DNA of 63,524 bases, counting the filler, from Octopus bimaculoides (Eukaryota): assembly GCF_001194135.2 (NCBI RefSeq). It is 5 parts of 5 records of this genome, joined end to end, with 100 filler letters (N's around TTAATTAATTAA, not from the genome) between each part and the next. Parts side by side here need not be neighbours in the genome. Positions count along the whole stretch, not along the records: positions 1 to 17,377 come from NC_068981.1; 4 more parts are not named here. One strand, 5' to 3'. A model generated the notes under the pieces. That model ran no database searches and was not told where the DNA came from. It saw nothing but the letters and a program-made list of their open reading frames with translations. Position numbers and translations under genes: made by a program. Of the stretch, positions 1 through 14,347 are shown one piece after another. Position 1 is the first letter of the stretch, and the number at the start of each line of letters is the position of its first letter.

Positions 1-469
1 ATATATATACAAGAGAGAGCGAAAGAGACAGAGAGACAGAGAGAGAAAATGATATATATATGATTATCATTTGATATATACACATGCATATAAAAGCGTA
101 ATATACAATACATTGTTTAATATATGCATACATAATTACATATGTATAGCTACGTACATACACACATACATACATACTTACATACATACGTACATACACA
201 CATACATACATACATACATATATACATATGTACATGCATATACATATATTTATATATATATATATATATATATACATACATATATACATAGATATACATA
301 CATATACATGCACACACACACACACATACGCTAATATACATGCATATACGAATGTATGTGTGTGCGGTAGTGTTTGTCTAGTCAGAAGTATATGATAATC
401 AAGACAAATATCTGGCGAAAAGGAGTTTGGAGAGGTTTTTTGTGATAGTGTGTGTGTGTTTGTATTTGT

Positions 470-500
<31 letters not shown>

Positions 501-1305
501 TGTGTAGTTGTGTATATATGTATGTTTGGAAATTGAGAACTATTAATAAAAGTGTTATCTCATTTATGAGTGCTCGTAAACGCATGTGTGTGTGCGTGCA
601 TANNNNNNNNNNNNNNNNNNNNNNNNNNNNNNNNNNNNNNNNNNNNNNNNNNNNNNNNNNNNNNNNNNNNNNNNNNNNNNNNNNNNNNNNNNNNNNNNNN
701 NNNNNNNNNNNNNNNNNNNNNNNNNNNNNNNNNNNNNNNNNNNNNNNNNNNNNNNNNNNNNNNNNNNNNNNNNNNNNNNNNNNNNNNNNNNNNNNNNNNN
801 NNNNNNNNNNNNNNNNNNNNNNNNNNNNNNNNNNNNNNNNNNNNNNNNNNNNNNNNNNNNNNNNNNNNNNNNNNNNNNNNNNNNNNNNNNNNNNNNNNNN
901 NNNNNNNNNNNNNNNNNNNNNNNNNNNNNNNNNNNNNNNNNNNNNNNNNNNNNNNNNNNNNNNNNNNNNNNNNNNNNNNNNNNNNNNNNNNNNNNNNNNN
1001 NNNNNNNNNNNNNNNNNNNNNNNNNNNNNNNNNNNNNNNNNNNNNNNNNNNNNNNNNNNNNNNNNNNNNNNNNNNNNNNNNNNNNNNNNNNNNNNNNNNN
1101 NNNNNNNNNNNNNNNNNNNNNNNNNNNNNNNNNNNNNNNNNNNNNNNNNNNNNNNNNNNNNNNNNNNNNNNNNNNNNNNNNNNNNNNNNNNNNNNNNNNN
1201 NNNNNNNNNNNNNNNNNNNNNNNNNNNNNNNNNNNNNNNNNNNNNNNNNNNNNNNNNNNNNNNNNNNNNNNNNNNNNNNNNNNNNNNNNNNNNNNNNNNN
1301 NNNTA

Positions 1306-1337
<32 letters not shown>

Positions 1338-1462
1338 TACGAGTGAGTGGAGAAACGAGAGAAAAAGGCACTCAGCACGTTTTTGCAATAGTTACATATG
1401 CGAACATTTAAAAGTCGCATGGAGCCGAATTAGAATGTTTTAAACAACAACAACAACGATAG

Positions 1463-1463
1463 C

Positions 1464-1525
<62 letters not shown>

Positions 1526-1572
1526 CAACAACAACAGTAGTAGTAGTAGTAGTAATAATAATAATAATAATT
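1463..1572. repeat. (AAT)n/(AAC)n/(AGT)n compound microsatellite
   Basis: Direct reading. Representative of dozens of di-, tri- and tetranucleotide tracts not listed individually. Confidence 0.95.
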
Positions 1573-2056
1573 TCGATATTAACCACAGGGGCCGAACACA
1601 AAACTAATAGGGACAATACGCTACTGGAGACAAGTGGAGTGTTGAACGATAGCGATGAATAACAATTAACAAGTAAATTCTAACGAAAATCGCCAACAGT
1701 GGGGAGTTCCACCCGTGGCCAACCAAGGCACAGTATGTTCGCGTGTCTGTGTGTGTGTGTATGTGTGTGCTGTTTTGGGTGTACATGTGTGTGGATGTAT
1801 AATACTACTTTGTTAATTTCATATTTGGTTAATTATTGATGTGACTAATTAAGACTTTGAATAGTCCCCGAGTTGTAAAAATGTTGCTATTTAACAAATC
1901 TAATTAGCCATTCTCATAACTATAACTGTATTTATCTCTACAGAGACGTAGACACATACACACATACATGTACACATACACGACCATATGCATGCATGTA
2001 TGTATGTATGTATGTATGTATATATTATTTAAGTTCTGTAACTGTGTGTGTGTGCG

Positions 2057-2090
<34 letters not shown>

Positions 2091-4117
2091 AGTATACGGC
2101 AAGAATAAAATGGAGGGGATCCAGTGGTGGTATGCATCAAATGTTAGACATTATATTATGTTTATTTATTTATTTTAAACAGTTATGAGAATATATATAT
2201 ACATATGTAAAGATTGTGTTTTACATATATAAAGTACCAGTAATTTCTACACACACACGCACACACACAAAATTACATACATTAATATATTCATTTATAT
2301 CTATCTATCTATCTATCTATCTATNNNNNNNNNNNNNNNNNNNNNNNNNNNNNNNNNNNNNNNNNNNNNNNNNNNNNNNNNNNNNNNNNNNNNNNNNNNN
2401 NNNNNNNNNNNNNNNNNNNNNNNNNNNNNNNNNNNNNNNNNNNNNNNNNNNNNNNNNNNNNNNNNNNNNNNNNNNNNNNNNNNNNNNNNNNNNNNNNNNN
2501 NNNNNNNNNNNNNNNNNNNNNNNNNNNNNNNNNNNNNNNNNNNNNNNNNNNNNNNNNNNNNNNNNNNNNNNNNNNNNNNNNNNNNNNNNNNNNNNNNNNN
2601 NNNNNNNNNNNNNNNNNNNNNNNNNNNNNNNNNNNNNNNNNNNNNNNNNNNNNNNNNNNNNNNNNNNNNNNNNNNNNNNNNNNNNNNNNNNNNNNNNNNN
2701 NNNNNNNNNNNNNNNNNNNNNNNNNNNNNNNNNNNNNNNNNNNNNNNNNNNNNNNNNNNNNNNNNNNNNNNNNNNNNNNNNNNNNNNNNNNNNNNNNNNN
2801 NNNNNNNNNNNNNNNNNNNNNNNNNNNNNNNNNNNNNNNNNNNNNNNNNNNNNNNNNNNNNNNNNNNNNNNNNNNTATATATATATATATGCATATATGT
2901 ATGTACGTATATATCCATATCCATACAAGCATACATACACACAAACAATATTGAGTCAATATGTCTAAATTTCTCCCGTTTTATTATTTTCCTAGTTGCT
3001 GTCCTTCCTTCCCTCTTTCTTTCTTTCTTTCTTTCTTTCTCTCTCGTTCTTTCTCCCCTTCAGTCCTCTCTACCCCCGGTATCCTACCCCTTATATATTC
3101 GATTCAATACATTTATGTAGTTGAAAAAAAAAAAAAGAAAAACCAAAAGCTAAGAAGAAACAAAAAAGGCAATTAAAGCAAAACCTAGCGAAGCACCCGA
3201 AGCCTAAAATAGCACGCTGTTGTTTATATCAGCGATTAGAGTACCAGGGGATTNNNNNNNNNNNNNNNNNNNNNNNNNNNNNNNNNNNNNNNNNNNNNNN
3301 NNNNNNNNNNNNNNNNNNNNNNNNNNNNNNNNNNNNNNNNNNNNNNNNNNNNNNNNNNNNNNNNNNNNNNNNNNNNNNNNNNNNNNNNNNNNNNNNNNNN
3401 NNNNNNNNNNNNNNNNNNNNNNNNNNNNNNNNNNNNNNNNNNNNNNNNNNNNNNNNNNNNNNNNNNNNNNNNNNNNNNNNNNNNNNNNNNNNNNNNNNNN
3501 NNNNNNNNNNNNNNNNNNNNNNNNNNNNNNNNNNNNNNNNNNNNNNNNNNNNNNNNNNNNNNNNNNNNNNNNNNNNNNNNNNNNNNNNNNNNNNNNNNNN
3601 NNNNNNNNNNNNNNNNNNNNNNNNNNNNNNNNNNNNNNNNNNNNNNNNNNNNNNNNNNNNNNNNNNNNNNNNNNNNNNNNNNNNNNNNNNNNNNNNNNNN
3701 NNNNNNNNNNNNNNNNNNNNNNNNNNNNNNNNNNNNNNNNNNNNNNNNNNNNCCCCCCCCCCCCCCGCTTCGCTCCACGTATAGAATTGCGCATGTTCAG
3801 AGCGGAAACGGAGGTGAAGATGACGCGGTATGGACCAGAAATTGCCCCCTTAAACATCATCGGTGCGACTTGGTATTTATCTCGACCACCACCACCGACA
3901 CCAGAATCAGCTTAATTGGATAATTAACAGAGATTGATTAAAACACGCGGGGCTATGGCCGACACTCGGTACCTACAGCACACGCTCATGTTATCTCCTC
4001 ACTTTTTGGCAACGAACCCTGGGAATCTTGTGAGTTTATTCTCGAAAAGACTTTTATAAGAAAATATTAATTTATAAGCTCATTAGTACATAATAATAAT
4101 AATAATAATAATAATAA

Positions 4118-4392
4118 TTGCTTCAGATTTTGGCTCAACACAGGCGATTTCCTTTTTATTTTAAGGGCAAGGGACCGATCGGTTATTATTATCATTGAAT
4201 TCCCGTCTGTACTTGACTGGTACTTTATCCCAATTGAACACCCCCACCCCACCGAAAAGAAGGATGAAAGACAAAATATGATCCCCCACCCCCTCCGGCG
4301 AAATTTTGAACTCAGAAAAACACAGAAAGAGCCGGAAGAAATGCCGCTAAACGCTTCGTCCGACGCGCTAACGATTCCGCCAGCTGGCCGCC
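4118..4392 (-). mobile_element. tRNA-derived SINE family A, diverged copy
   Basis: Minus strand shows the head GGCGGCCAGCTGGCGGAATCGTTAGC, a B-box-like GAGTTCAAAATT and a degenerate central domain and tail. Confidence 0.7.
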
Positions 4393-4634
4393 AGATGATG
4401 ATAACGACGATGACGATGATGATTATGATGGTTATGATGATGATGACGATGATGATGATGTTTCTTCTGTCTATGTGTGGATGTGGGTAGGTGTATATAT
4501 TTTGAGGTATTTTCTCTCGGAATTCTCAATATTTTTCTCGTACCAATTCTACCCTCAATCCACCCATTTATTTTATCCCTTCTATGGTCGGCAGTTCCAT
4601 CCGGATTCTCACCAATTATAACGTTTATATTTAT

Positions 4635-4686
<52 letters not shown>

Positions 4687-5400
4687 ATATATGCATATGT
4701 GTTAAGAAGCAGAATTGCATTGCAAAATACTCACCGGAACGGAGACCAGCCACCGCCTCCAAACTGACATCAACAGAGACGACCACAACCACAACAACAA
4801 GATATACGCAATAACAGCTGTAACATTAACAACATCACTACACAAATACATACGTACACACATACACACATACTTATCTACATATACAGATACCTAAACA
4901 CACACATACACAAACGCATACACACACACATATTTAATAATTTTTAGTTACATTTTTCGATGACTTATTGTTACGGATTAAAATATCCAAAATCGGGTTC
5001 AAAAATGCACAATTTCAGTCACCAATCGTAATTACTATTGAGGTGTAAAAAATATAATTAATTAGGAAAAAAAAAAAAAAAATAGCAATGACGAGGATGG
5101 TGTAGCATCGGGCACAAGAACGGTAGTGCCAGATCTTTCAAAGTGAAATAGAAAGTTTTCGTCAGGAATTATTGTGTGATTATTGAAATTAATTAACAAC
5201 GAATTAAATAACAAAAAAAAAGCAAAGAAAACAAGTTTTCACAAACAAAAAAACTCGTACGTACATATATATATACATATATACAAAATACATACATACA
5301 CATATATACACATATATACACACACGTATTTAATTGCACAAACAGATGAATTCATATTCCTGTACAATGATAACTTGTACAATGATAGATAGATAGATAA

Positions 5401-5457
<57 letters not shown>

Positions 5458-5651
5458 CAGTTCGATACATACATATATATATATATAAATATGCATGCAT
5501 AAATATATATATANNNNNNNNNNNNNNNNNNNNNNNNNNNNNNNNNNNNNNNNNNNNNNNNNNNNNNNNNNNNNNNNNNNNNNNNNNNNNNNNNNNNNNN
5601 NNNNNNNNNNNNNNNNNNNNNNNNNNNNNNNNNNNNNNNNNNNNNNNNNNN

Positions 5652-5686
<35 letters not shown>

Positions 5687-6082
5687 AGATAGATACATAC
5701 ATACATACATACATTCATATACATACAGATAGATAGACAGACAGATATATACATACAGTATATTGATTAGAGTGAAGAAACCAATAATACAGTTTCTATT
5801 AAAAAAAAGAAGCTCCCACTAAAAAAACAGCGAGGGGAAAAATAAAAGTCTCAAACACCATCTCTACCGTTCCCTTATTCTGTTCTTATTCTGTTAGTCT
5901 CTTATTCCCTCATTCTATCTCTCTAAAGACACGCCGACATGGAACATAAACAGAATCACCACCGCAGCGAATAAACAACGACCACAAGAGGTAGTAGCGT
6001 TACTGCTAATATTTACAACGTTGAAAAGAACTGCTGCTGCTGCTGCTGCTACTACTACTACTACTACTAATAATAATAATAA

Positions 6083-6113
<31 letters not shown>

Positions 6114-6439
6114 AATTATATATATATTTACATGCATACATGCGTCTGTTTTACATGCGTGTATAGATAAACAGAGAGACATAGAAAGATAGATTGATAG
6201 ACAAACAGATAGATAGGCAGAGGGACAGGCAGACAAATAGACAGACACACACACACACACACACAGATAGAAAGATAGATTGATAGATAGATAGCCAGAC
6301 AGATAGACAAATAGATAGATAGAGAGATAGATAGAGAGATAGATATTTAGAGGCAAAATAGAAAGAGAGAGGCACACATAAACACAAATTAAAAGTTCGG
6401 AAGAAAAATAAATATTGTGAAAAAAAACGAAGTCGTGGA

Positions 6440-6922
6440 CCGAGAGAAGAAGAAGAAGAAGAAGAAGAAGAGTTTGATTTAAAGGGAAGAAGAGGAAGCG
6501 GCGGCTGCAGCGGAGGCGGTGACTATCGTCGTTGTGGTTGGTGTAGTGGTGGTGGCGGTGGAGGTGGTGGTGGGAGAGGAACGGCAACAGCAGCAGCGGT
6601 AGCAGCAGCAGCAGCAAGCGCACGGAAAAAGCAAAAAAAAAAAGTAATAAAATAATTCAGAAATTACATAAAAACAGGGAGCAAAATAAATAAATAATAA
6701 AATCATAATAACAATAAATAAATATAGAAATAAAAGAAAAGGAGAAAGATAGAAAAAAAAAAGCAACTCGACGGCTGGTCCAACACGAGAGAGAGAGAGA
6801 GGGGGTGAGAGGGTGAGAGAGAGAGTGGGAGTGTGTGTGTGAGAGAGAGAGAGAGAGAGACGCCTTCCTGTTTGGAACTCGGCACACACCTGCGTAGTGG
6901 CGCCGTTGAAGTCTTGGATACT
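6440..6922 (+). promoter_or_regulatory. Probable Irx 5' UTR / proximal region with (GAA)n, (GGT/GCA)n and (GA)n tracts
   Basis: GC-richer segment free of recognisable TEs directly upstream of the Irx ATG. The transcription start cannot be located from sequence alone. Confidence 0.4.
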
Positions 6923-6985
6923 ATGTCATATCCCCAATTCGGATATACCTACCCGTCAACAAACAACTCCATATCTTCCACACAG
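6923..6985 (+). CDS. Irx: First coding exon of an Iroquois-class TALE homeobox gene (Irx4-like N-terminus)
   Basis: ATG at 6923 reads MSYPQFGYTYPSTNNSISSTQ (21 codons, phase 0), followed by a consensus donor CAG|GTAAGT. MSYPQFGY is the conserved Irx N-terminal motif, and vertebrate Irx4 also has a short exon 1 ending in Q. The homeobox exons were not found in the window. Confidence 0.85.
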
Positions 6986-8077
6986 GTAAGTACAACTGTT
7001 AATTAATTAATTAATTAATGTAAAAATCGTTAATTAAAAGAACGAAAAAAAAAACCCCAGCATACACGCACACACACAGAGAAATATATAGGCACGCAAC
7101 GTTTACACATCGATAACTTGTTGGAAAAGAGTTCGAATTCAGACTGACATGTCGTTTGTTCTTCTATTATGGTTTGTGTCTGTGTGTTTTTCTGTCAATG
7201 TGTGTGGTGAGGCCTCTACATATTGCTGCGGTTAATTATCTATATATATAAATAAATTCAGATTTTTTTCCTTATCAGACACGGTTTAAAGCGGAATATG
7301 AGATATATATATATATATATATTGTAAACACACACACACATACATACATACACATATCTACAAAAGATAAAAGGCGGCTATATATNNNNNNNNNNNNNNN
7401 NNNNNNNNNNNNNNNNNNNNNNNNNNNNNNNNNNNNNNNNNNNNNNNNNNNNNNNNNNNNNNNNNNNNNNNNNNNNNNNNNNNNNNNNNNNNNNNNNNNN
7501 NNNNNNNNNNNNNNNNNNNNNNNNNNNNNNNNNNNNNNNNNNNNNNNNNNNNNNNNNNNNNNNNNNNNNNNNNNNNNNNNNNNNNNNNNNNNNNNNNNNN
7601 NNNNNNNNNNNNNNNNNNNNNNNNNNNNNNNNNNNNNNNNNNNNNNNNNNNNNNNNNNNNNNNNNNNNNNNNNNNNNNNNNNNNNNNNNNNNNNNNNNNN
7701 NNNNNNNNNNNNNNNNNNNNNNNNNNNNNNNNNNNNNNNNNNNNNNNNNNNNNNNNNNNNNNNNNNNNNNNNNNNNNNNNNNNNNNNNNNNNNNNNNNNN
7801 NNNNNNNNNNNNNNNNNNNNNNNNNNNNNNNNNNNNNNNNNNNNNNNNNNNNNNNNNNNNNNNNNNNNNNNNNNNNNNNNNNNNNNNNNNNNNNNNNNNN
7901 NNNNNNNNNNNNNNNNNNNNNNNNNNNNNNNNNNNNNNNNNNNNNNNNNNNNNNNNNNNNNNNNNNNNNNNNNNNNNNNNNNNNNNNNNNNNNNNNNNNN
8001 NNNNNNNNNNNTGCAACTTAAGACAGCCTGTAGCTGCATCCGAGAATAATGATTATCATTCCTGTATCACACACGCA

Positions 8078-8148
<71 letters not shown>

Positions 8149-8683
8149 AGATGTTAACATTTGTTCTGGCATAAAGCAGTGTTATAGTCATAATACGTTA
8201 ATGTTGTTGGTTAACCAAAGACCGAGATTCAAGTCAGACCCCTGGGAGGTCGGAAGTATTTGAGGGTTGTACACTATATGTGTTTGTAAACTACCGCCGA
8301 TTACCGACAGATATCGGTTTCGATTTTCGGTCATTTGATGTAGTTTTCATTTTAGTCTCGAATACGTTGGAGAGGTGGGCTTCAATGATAGAATAACAGA
8401 AATCGCCCATACAGTTCTCTAACAAAATTTAAGGATCTTTATTATTCCTTGTCGAAATGTAAACCAATATTCACGGTCGATGCGGTGTAGGTGGTGGGGG
8501 TAATGTTAGGAATAATAAACAACCAGATAAGATGCCTGGCAAACCAGATCGTAGTGTGGAAGACAAAAAAGGGGCCCTTTGTACGATGTAGAGCTAAATA
8601 TTGTTAACACGATGGTGTAGCCTCGATTGGAACGCTTTAGATCATTCATTGGACGGGGTATTATGTATGTATGCATGTATGTA

Positions 8684-8773
<90 letters not shown>

Positions 8774-9546
8774 NNNNNNNNNNNNNNNNNNNNNNNNNNN
8801 NNNNNNNNNNNNNNNNNNNNNNNNNNNNNNNNNNNNNNNNNNNNNNNNNNNNNNNNNNNNNNNNNNNNNNNNNNNNNNNNNNNNNNNNNNNNNNNNNNNN
8901 NNNNNNNNNNNNNNNNNNNNNNNNNNNNNNNNNNNNNNNNNNNNNNNNNNNNNNNNNNNNNNNNNNNNNNNNNNNNNNNNNNNNNNNNNNNNNNNNNNNN
9001 NNNNNNNNNNNNNNNNNNNNNNNNNNNNNNNNNNNNNNNNNNNNNNNNNNNNNNNNNNNNNNNNNNNNNNNNNNNNNNNNNNNNNNNNNNNNNNNNNNNN
9101 NNNNNNNNNNNNNNNNNNNNNNNNNNNNNNNNNNNNNNNNNNNNNNNNNNNNNNNNNNNNNNNNNNNNNNNNNNNNNNNNNNNNNNNNNNNNNNNNNNNN
9201 NNNNNNNNNNNNNNNNNNNNNNNNNNNNNNNNNNNNNNNNNNNNNNNNNNNNNNNNNNNNNNNNNNNNNNNNNNNNNNNNNNNNNNNNNNNNNNNNNNNN
9301 NNNNNNNNNNNNNNNNNNNNNNNNNNNNNNNNNNNNNNNNNNNNNNNNNNNNNNNNNNNNNNNNNNNNNNNNNNNNNNNNNNNNNNNNNNNNNNNNNNNN
9401 NNNNNNNNNNNNNNNNNNNNNNNNNNNNNNNNNNNNNNNNNNNNNNNNNNNNNNNNNNNNNNNNNNNNNNNNNNNNNNNNNNNNNNNNNNNNNNNNNNNN
9501 NNNNNNNNNNNNNNNNNNNNNNNNNNNNNNNNNNNNNNNNNNNNNN

Positions 9547-9611
<65 letters not shown>

Positions 9612-11533
9612 ATACATATATGGTAGGAGATATTTTCTGTATTACATAACGAAGACTGTGGAATGATGTGATATGATGTTGTGGTGTTTATCGTTATCTC
9701 AGAAGCTTTAAGGACATAAGATGTATAAATAATTGGTTGCGAAAGGAATATGGAAACCAGGAACCAGGTTTGATTCCTCCGGAAGCTTATGCATTCTTAC
9801 GACATGTCTTGAAATTAATCCCGTAACGCATTCCACTGATAGCCACCGGCAACAGGTAGAGACTTTTGTGACTAAAACGGAAAACAAGCATGTATATAAA
9901 GGTATGTATACTTATATACACAAACAGGTAAATATATATGTAGGTTCGGTATACAAAGAGGAGAAAGAAGAACTCAATACATGAGATTTTATATATTTTT
10001 TTCCTATGATTATTTATTATTATTATTTGGCAAAAATCAAAAAGAGACTCAAGAACTGAGATTTTCGTGTATTGCCATATACCGAACTTTGTGGTAAGTG
10101 TCAGAACACGACACTTTTAGCCCTTCAGTCAATGTGTGTCTTCTGCCGATTATCATTACAAAAAAAGACCCCCACATTTTTATAGGCACATTTATGTGTG
10201 TGTGTGTTTGTATCTGTGTGTATGTGTGTCTGTGTGTGTGTGTATGTGTGTGTATATATATAGTCGATTATATACNNNNNNNNNNNNNNNNNNNNNNNNN
10301 NNNNNNNNNNNNNNNNNNNNNNNNNNNNNNNNNNNNNNNNNNNNNNNNNNNNNNNNNNNNNNNNNNNNNNNNNNNNNNNNNNNNNNNNNNNNNNNNNNNN
10401 NNNNNNNNNNNNNNNNNNNNNNNNNNNNNNNNNNNNNNNNNNNNNNNNNNNNNNNNNNNNNNNNNNNNNNNNNNNNNNNNNNNNNNNNNNNNNNNNNNNN
10501 NNNNNNNNNNNNNNNNNNNNNNNNNNNNNNNNNNNNNNNNNNNNNNNNNNNNNNNNNNNNNNNNNNNNNNNNNNNNNNNNNNNNNNNNNNNNNNNNNNNN
10601 NNNNNNNNNNNNNNNNNNNNNNNNNNNNNNNNNNNNNNNNNNNNNNNNNNNNNNNNNNNNNNNNNNNNNNNNNNNNNNNNNNNNNNNNNNNNNNNNNNNN
10701 NNNNNNNNNNNNNNNNNNNNNNNNNNNNNNNNNNNNNNNNNNNNNNNNNNNNNNNNNNNNNNNNNNNNNNNNNNNNNNNNNNNNNNNNNNNNNNNNNNNN
10801 NNNNNNNNNNNNNNNNNNNNNNNNNNNNNNNNNNNNNNNNNNNNNNNNNNNNNNNNNNNNNNNNNNNNNNNNNNNNNNNNNNNNNNNNNNNNNNNNNNNN
10901 NNNNNNNNNNNNNNNNNNNNNNNNNNNNNNNNNNNNNNNNNNNNNNNNNNNNNNNNNNNNNNNNNNNNNNNNNNNNNNNNNNNNNNNNNNNNNNNNNNNN
11001 NNNNNNNNNNNNNNNNNNNNNNNNNNNNNNNNNNNNNNNNNNNNNNNNNNNNNNNNNNNNNNNNNNNNNNNNNNNNNNNNNNNNNNNNNNNNNNNNNNNN
11101 NNNNNNNNNNNNNNNNNNNNNNNNNNNNNNNNNNNNNNNNNNNNNNNNNNNNNNNNNNNNNNNNNNNNNNNNNNNNNNNNNNNNNNNNNNNNNNNNNNNN
11201 NNNNNNNNNNNNNNNNNNATATATATATATATATATATATATAGATAGATCGGCAAGTAGGCAGTATGTATGTATAACAATCAAAGTGTTTGGAGTGTCT
11301 TAATTTACTGGACTCAATTTGGAAAATTCTGGCAAAGTGCAACGCCTTTATACGCACAATTTGAAGGTATGTAAAAGTATGTATATTATTCAGATGATAC
11401 AACGATCAGATGAACCGTCATAACTTGCCTAATGATCATGGAGATAAGGCGATATATTCGCTTACATAAATTCATATATACGCACACACGCAAACACACG
11501 GAGATATAATGCGTGTGTGTGTGTGTGTGTGCG

Positions 11534-11568
<35 letters not shown>

Positions 11569-11968
11569 GTAATTACAAGCGTTGAGAATGGAGTGAGCTA
11601 GTCCTGTAATTACATCAATTTACAATTGTTTCATAGCAATTTGATCTTATGAATATTGATATATTTACGCCAAAATATATGCAGCGGTTCATTAGTGATA
11701 TTCGGCATTCGAGTCATCAGAGTTATTTATGAAATTCATTTGCTATGGCGAATACGAATGATTGTGGATTGTCAGGCGTATTTCGTAAAACAATTGTCGA
11801 ATTACCTTCAGTCTGATGCTCTGTAGCCATGGATAAGTTTAATAAGGTAACCTCCAAGGTTAACACACAAATGAATATATGTGTGTGTGTGTATGTACAT
11901 ACAGTTAAATGTATATATTTATATATATGTATATATATATATATTCATACATACATTCTATATTTATG

Positions 11969-12026
<58 letters not shown>

Positions 12027-12036
12027 TATATGCATA

Positions 12037-12186
12037 TTTTTTTCTACTCTAGGTACAAGGCCCGAAATATTTGGGGTGGGGGCCAGTCGATTAGATCGAC
12101 CCCAGTACGCAATTGCTATTTAATTTATCGACCCCGATATGATGGAAGGCAGAGTCGACCTCGGCGGAATTTGAACTTAGAACGTA
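12037..12186 (-). mobile_element. SINE family A, 5'-truncated
   Basis: B box, GAGGTCGAC central domain and the GGGGTCGAT-N3-ATCGAC hairpin are present; the A box is missing. Confidence 0.8.
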
Positions 12187-12252
12187 CATCTATGCAAATG
12201 TACTAATGTAAATTTAAATATATGCATACATGTATAAATATTACATATATGG

Positions 12253-12294
<42 letters not shown>

Positions 12295-12306
12295 CTCTTT
12301 TAAATA

Positions 12307-12347
<41 letters not shown>

Positions 12348-12380
12348 TATTTGCGTCTGTAAATGTGTGAATCTGTGTGC

Positions 12381-12412
<32 letters not shown>

Positions 12413-12667
12413 GTACATATATATATATATGTATGTATATACATGGGAGGGTGTGTATTTATACATGCGTATATGCATGTATCTTTTTATTTACATATAT
12501 ATGCAGATGATAACTATCGTAACTTGTATAATGATTACGGAGATAAGGCGATATATTCGCTTACATAGATTCATACGCACACACGCAAACACATAGATAT
12601 AATACATATCGTTATTTATAACTGTATCGCATGAATGTATACACTGACGCACATGCATGTATACACA

Positions 12668-12728
<61 letters not shown>

Positions 12729-13172
12729 TACATGTATATATATATATGGCATGATAGATTGTTTTCACTTATTTTTACAGTCTGCTACTGAAATAAAATT
12801 AGGCTGACACTATCTTGGGTAAGAATTCTTCCCATTTTCCCATATGCTCTAAGGAGAATAACAGAATAAGTCATTTTCGAATATCCCCGAATATGAATTA
12901 CGGAATCAGAACCATTTACCGTCGAGGATGGAATAAAGTATTCCGTTCTGAATGCGGAGAACCGTACGGCCACTGAAGATGGCCGGAAAATATTTGAAAG
13001 GCCGAATATCTTTTGCTGTAACTGTAAGGAGAAACTATGATCTGTATATTTTGGTTTATATAAATTTATATGTATGTATACGCATATGTCTCTCAACTTC
13101 TTTCTCCCACACGCAATAGAGAGAGATTGATATATATATAAATATATCTTATATACATACATACATATATAC

Positions 13173-13242
<70 letters not shown>

Positions 13243-13627
13243 GTATGTATAAATATTAGCGTGCTTTTACGGGTTTTATTGTGTATATAAAACGATTTTG
13301 TGTTAAATTCAAGGAGAAACCCGAAATTTGGTAATCTCTTTTAATATTCTCCTTGTCAGAAGAAATTTATTTACACACACACATAAAGATAGTTAGATAG
13401 AATGAGATGTAGATATATAGATATATTAGATATGTGTATAGCTATACGGACCACAAAACAGTTTGCTACCTATCGATAAGATAAACAACATGCGTTACAG
13501 CAGTTCTGACTCAGGAACAAAATATTAACTTGTCACTTTCATTTGAACCGCTTCACAGGGGCGCTTATGTCAACATTTACCCATAGTTAAGTAGCCTTCA
13601 GTTACGTGTGTAATAATTATATTTATG

Positions 13628-14065
13628 CTACACGCAAGGCTAACAATTTTAGAGGGGAGGGGCTGGTTGATGACGCTGTTCCTAGTACTTTAGCGATATT
13701 ATATTTTATCGGCCTAGAATAGACGAATCGCGGAAGTTGACCTCGGCGGGATTTCAATTCAGGATGCAAAAAGATGGAATGAATACACCAAGGTATTTTA
13801 TCCGACGCCTTAAAGAATTCGCTAATCCGTGCTCCTTATTTACATGGCTAATAATTCTTTCTAATTTTGGCGCCAGGCCAGCGAGTTTGAGAGGAAACGG
13901 AAGTTGATTACATCGACCCCAGTTTTCAACTGGTATTTATTTTATTAACACCGAAAGGATGAAAAGACAATGTCGACCTCGGCGGAATTTGAACTCAGAA
14001 CGTAAAGACGGGCGAAATGCCGCTTAGTTTTTTGTCCGGCGCGCTAACAATTCTGGCAGTTCGCC
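13628..14065 (-). mobile_element. Two head-to-tail SINE family A copies (about 13628-13833 and 13852-14065)
   Basis: Each copy has head, B box, central domain and a tail of the type AAATTGCTGGCCTTGTGCC. Confidence 0.8.
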
Positions 14066-14347
14066 GATTAATTTGCGTTTGTAATTATATAAATAAATTA
14101 ATAACAGTCGGAAGACATTTAAATAATGGTCGTGAATGAAAATCGAAAGGAAAATATACTGCTTGTTAATCTATATAAATTCTTTAAAATGTTTCAGCTT
14201 CAAAGCTGCGGTCATGCTGGAGCACCAGCGTTGCCTGTGCTATACCATTATTTGGAACCTCCTCTGATATGTGGCATTTGGTGAATGAGGAAGTGTGATG
14301 CCGCTGCCGTGAGGTAGGCACGTCTGGAACCCTTGAATATACATATA

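Noticed and set aside
3818-3915. Short ORF MTRYGPEIAPLNIIGATWYLSRPPPPTPESA
   Set aside because: Short, with no recognised homology or splice support.
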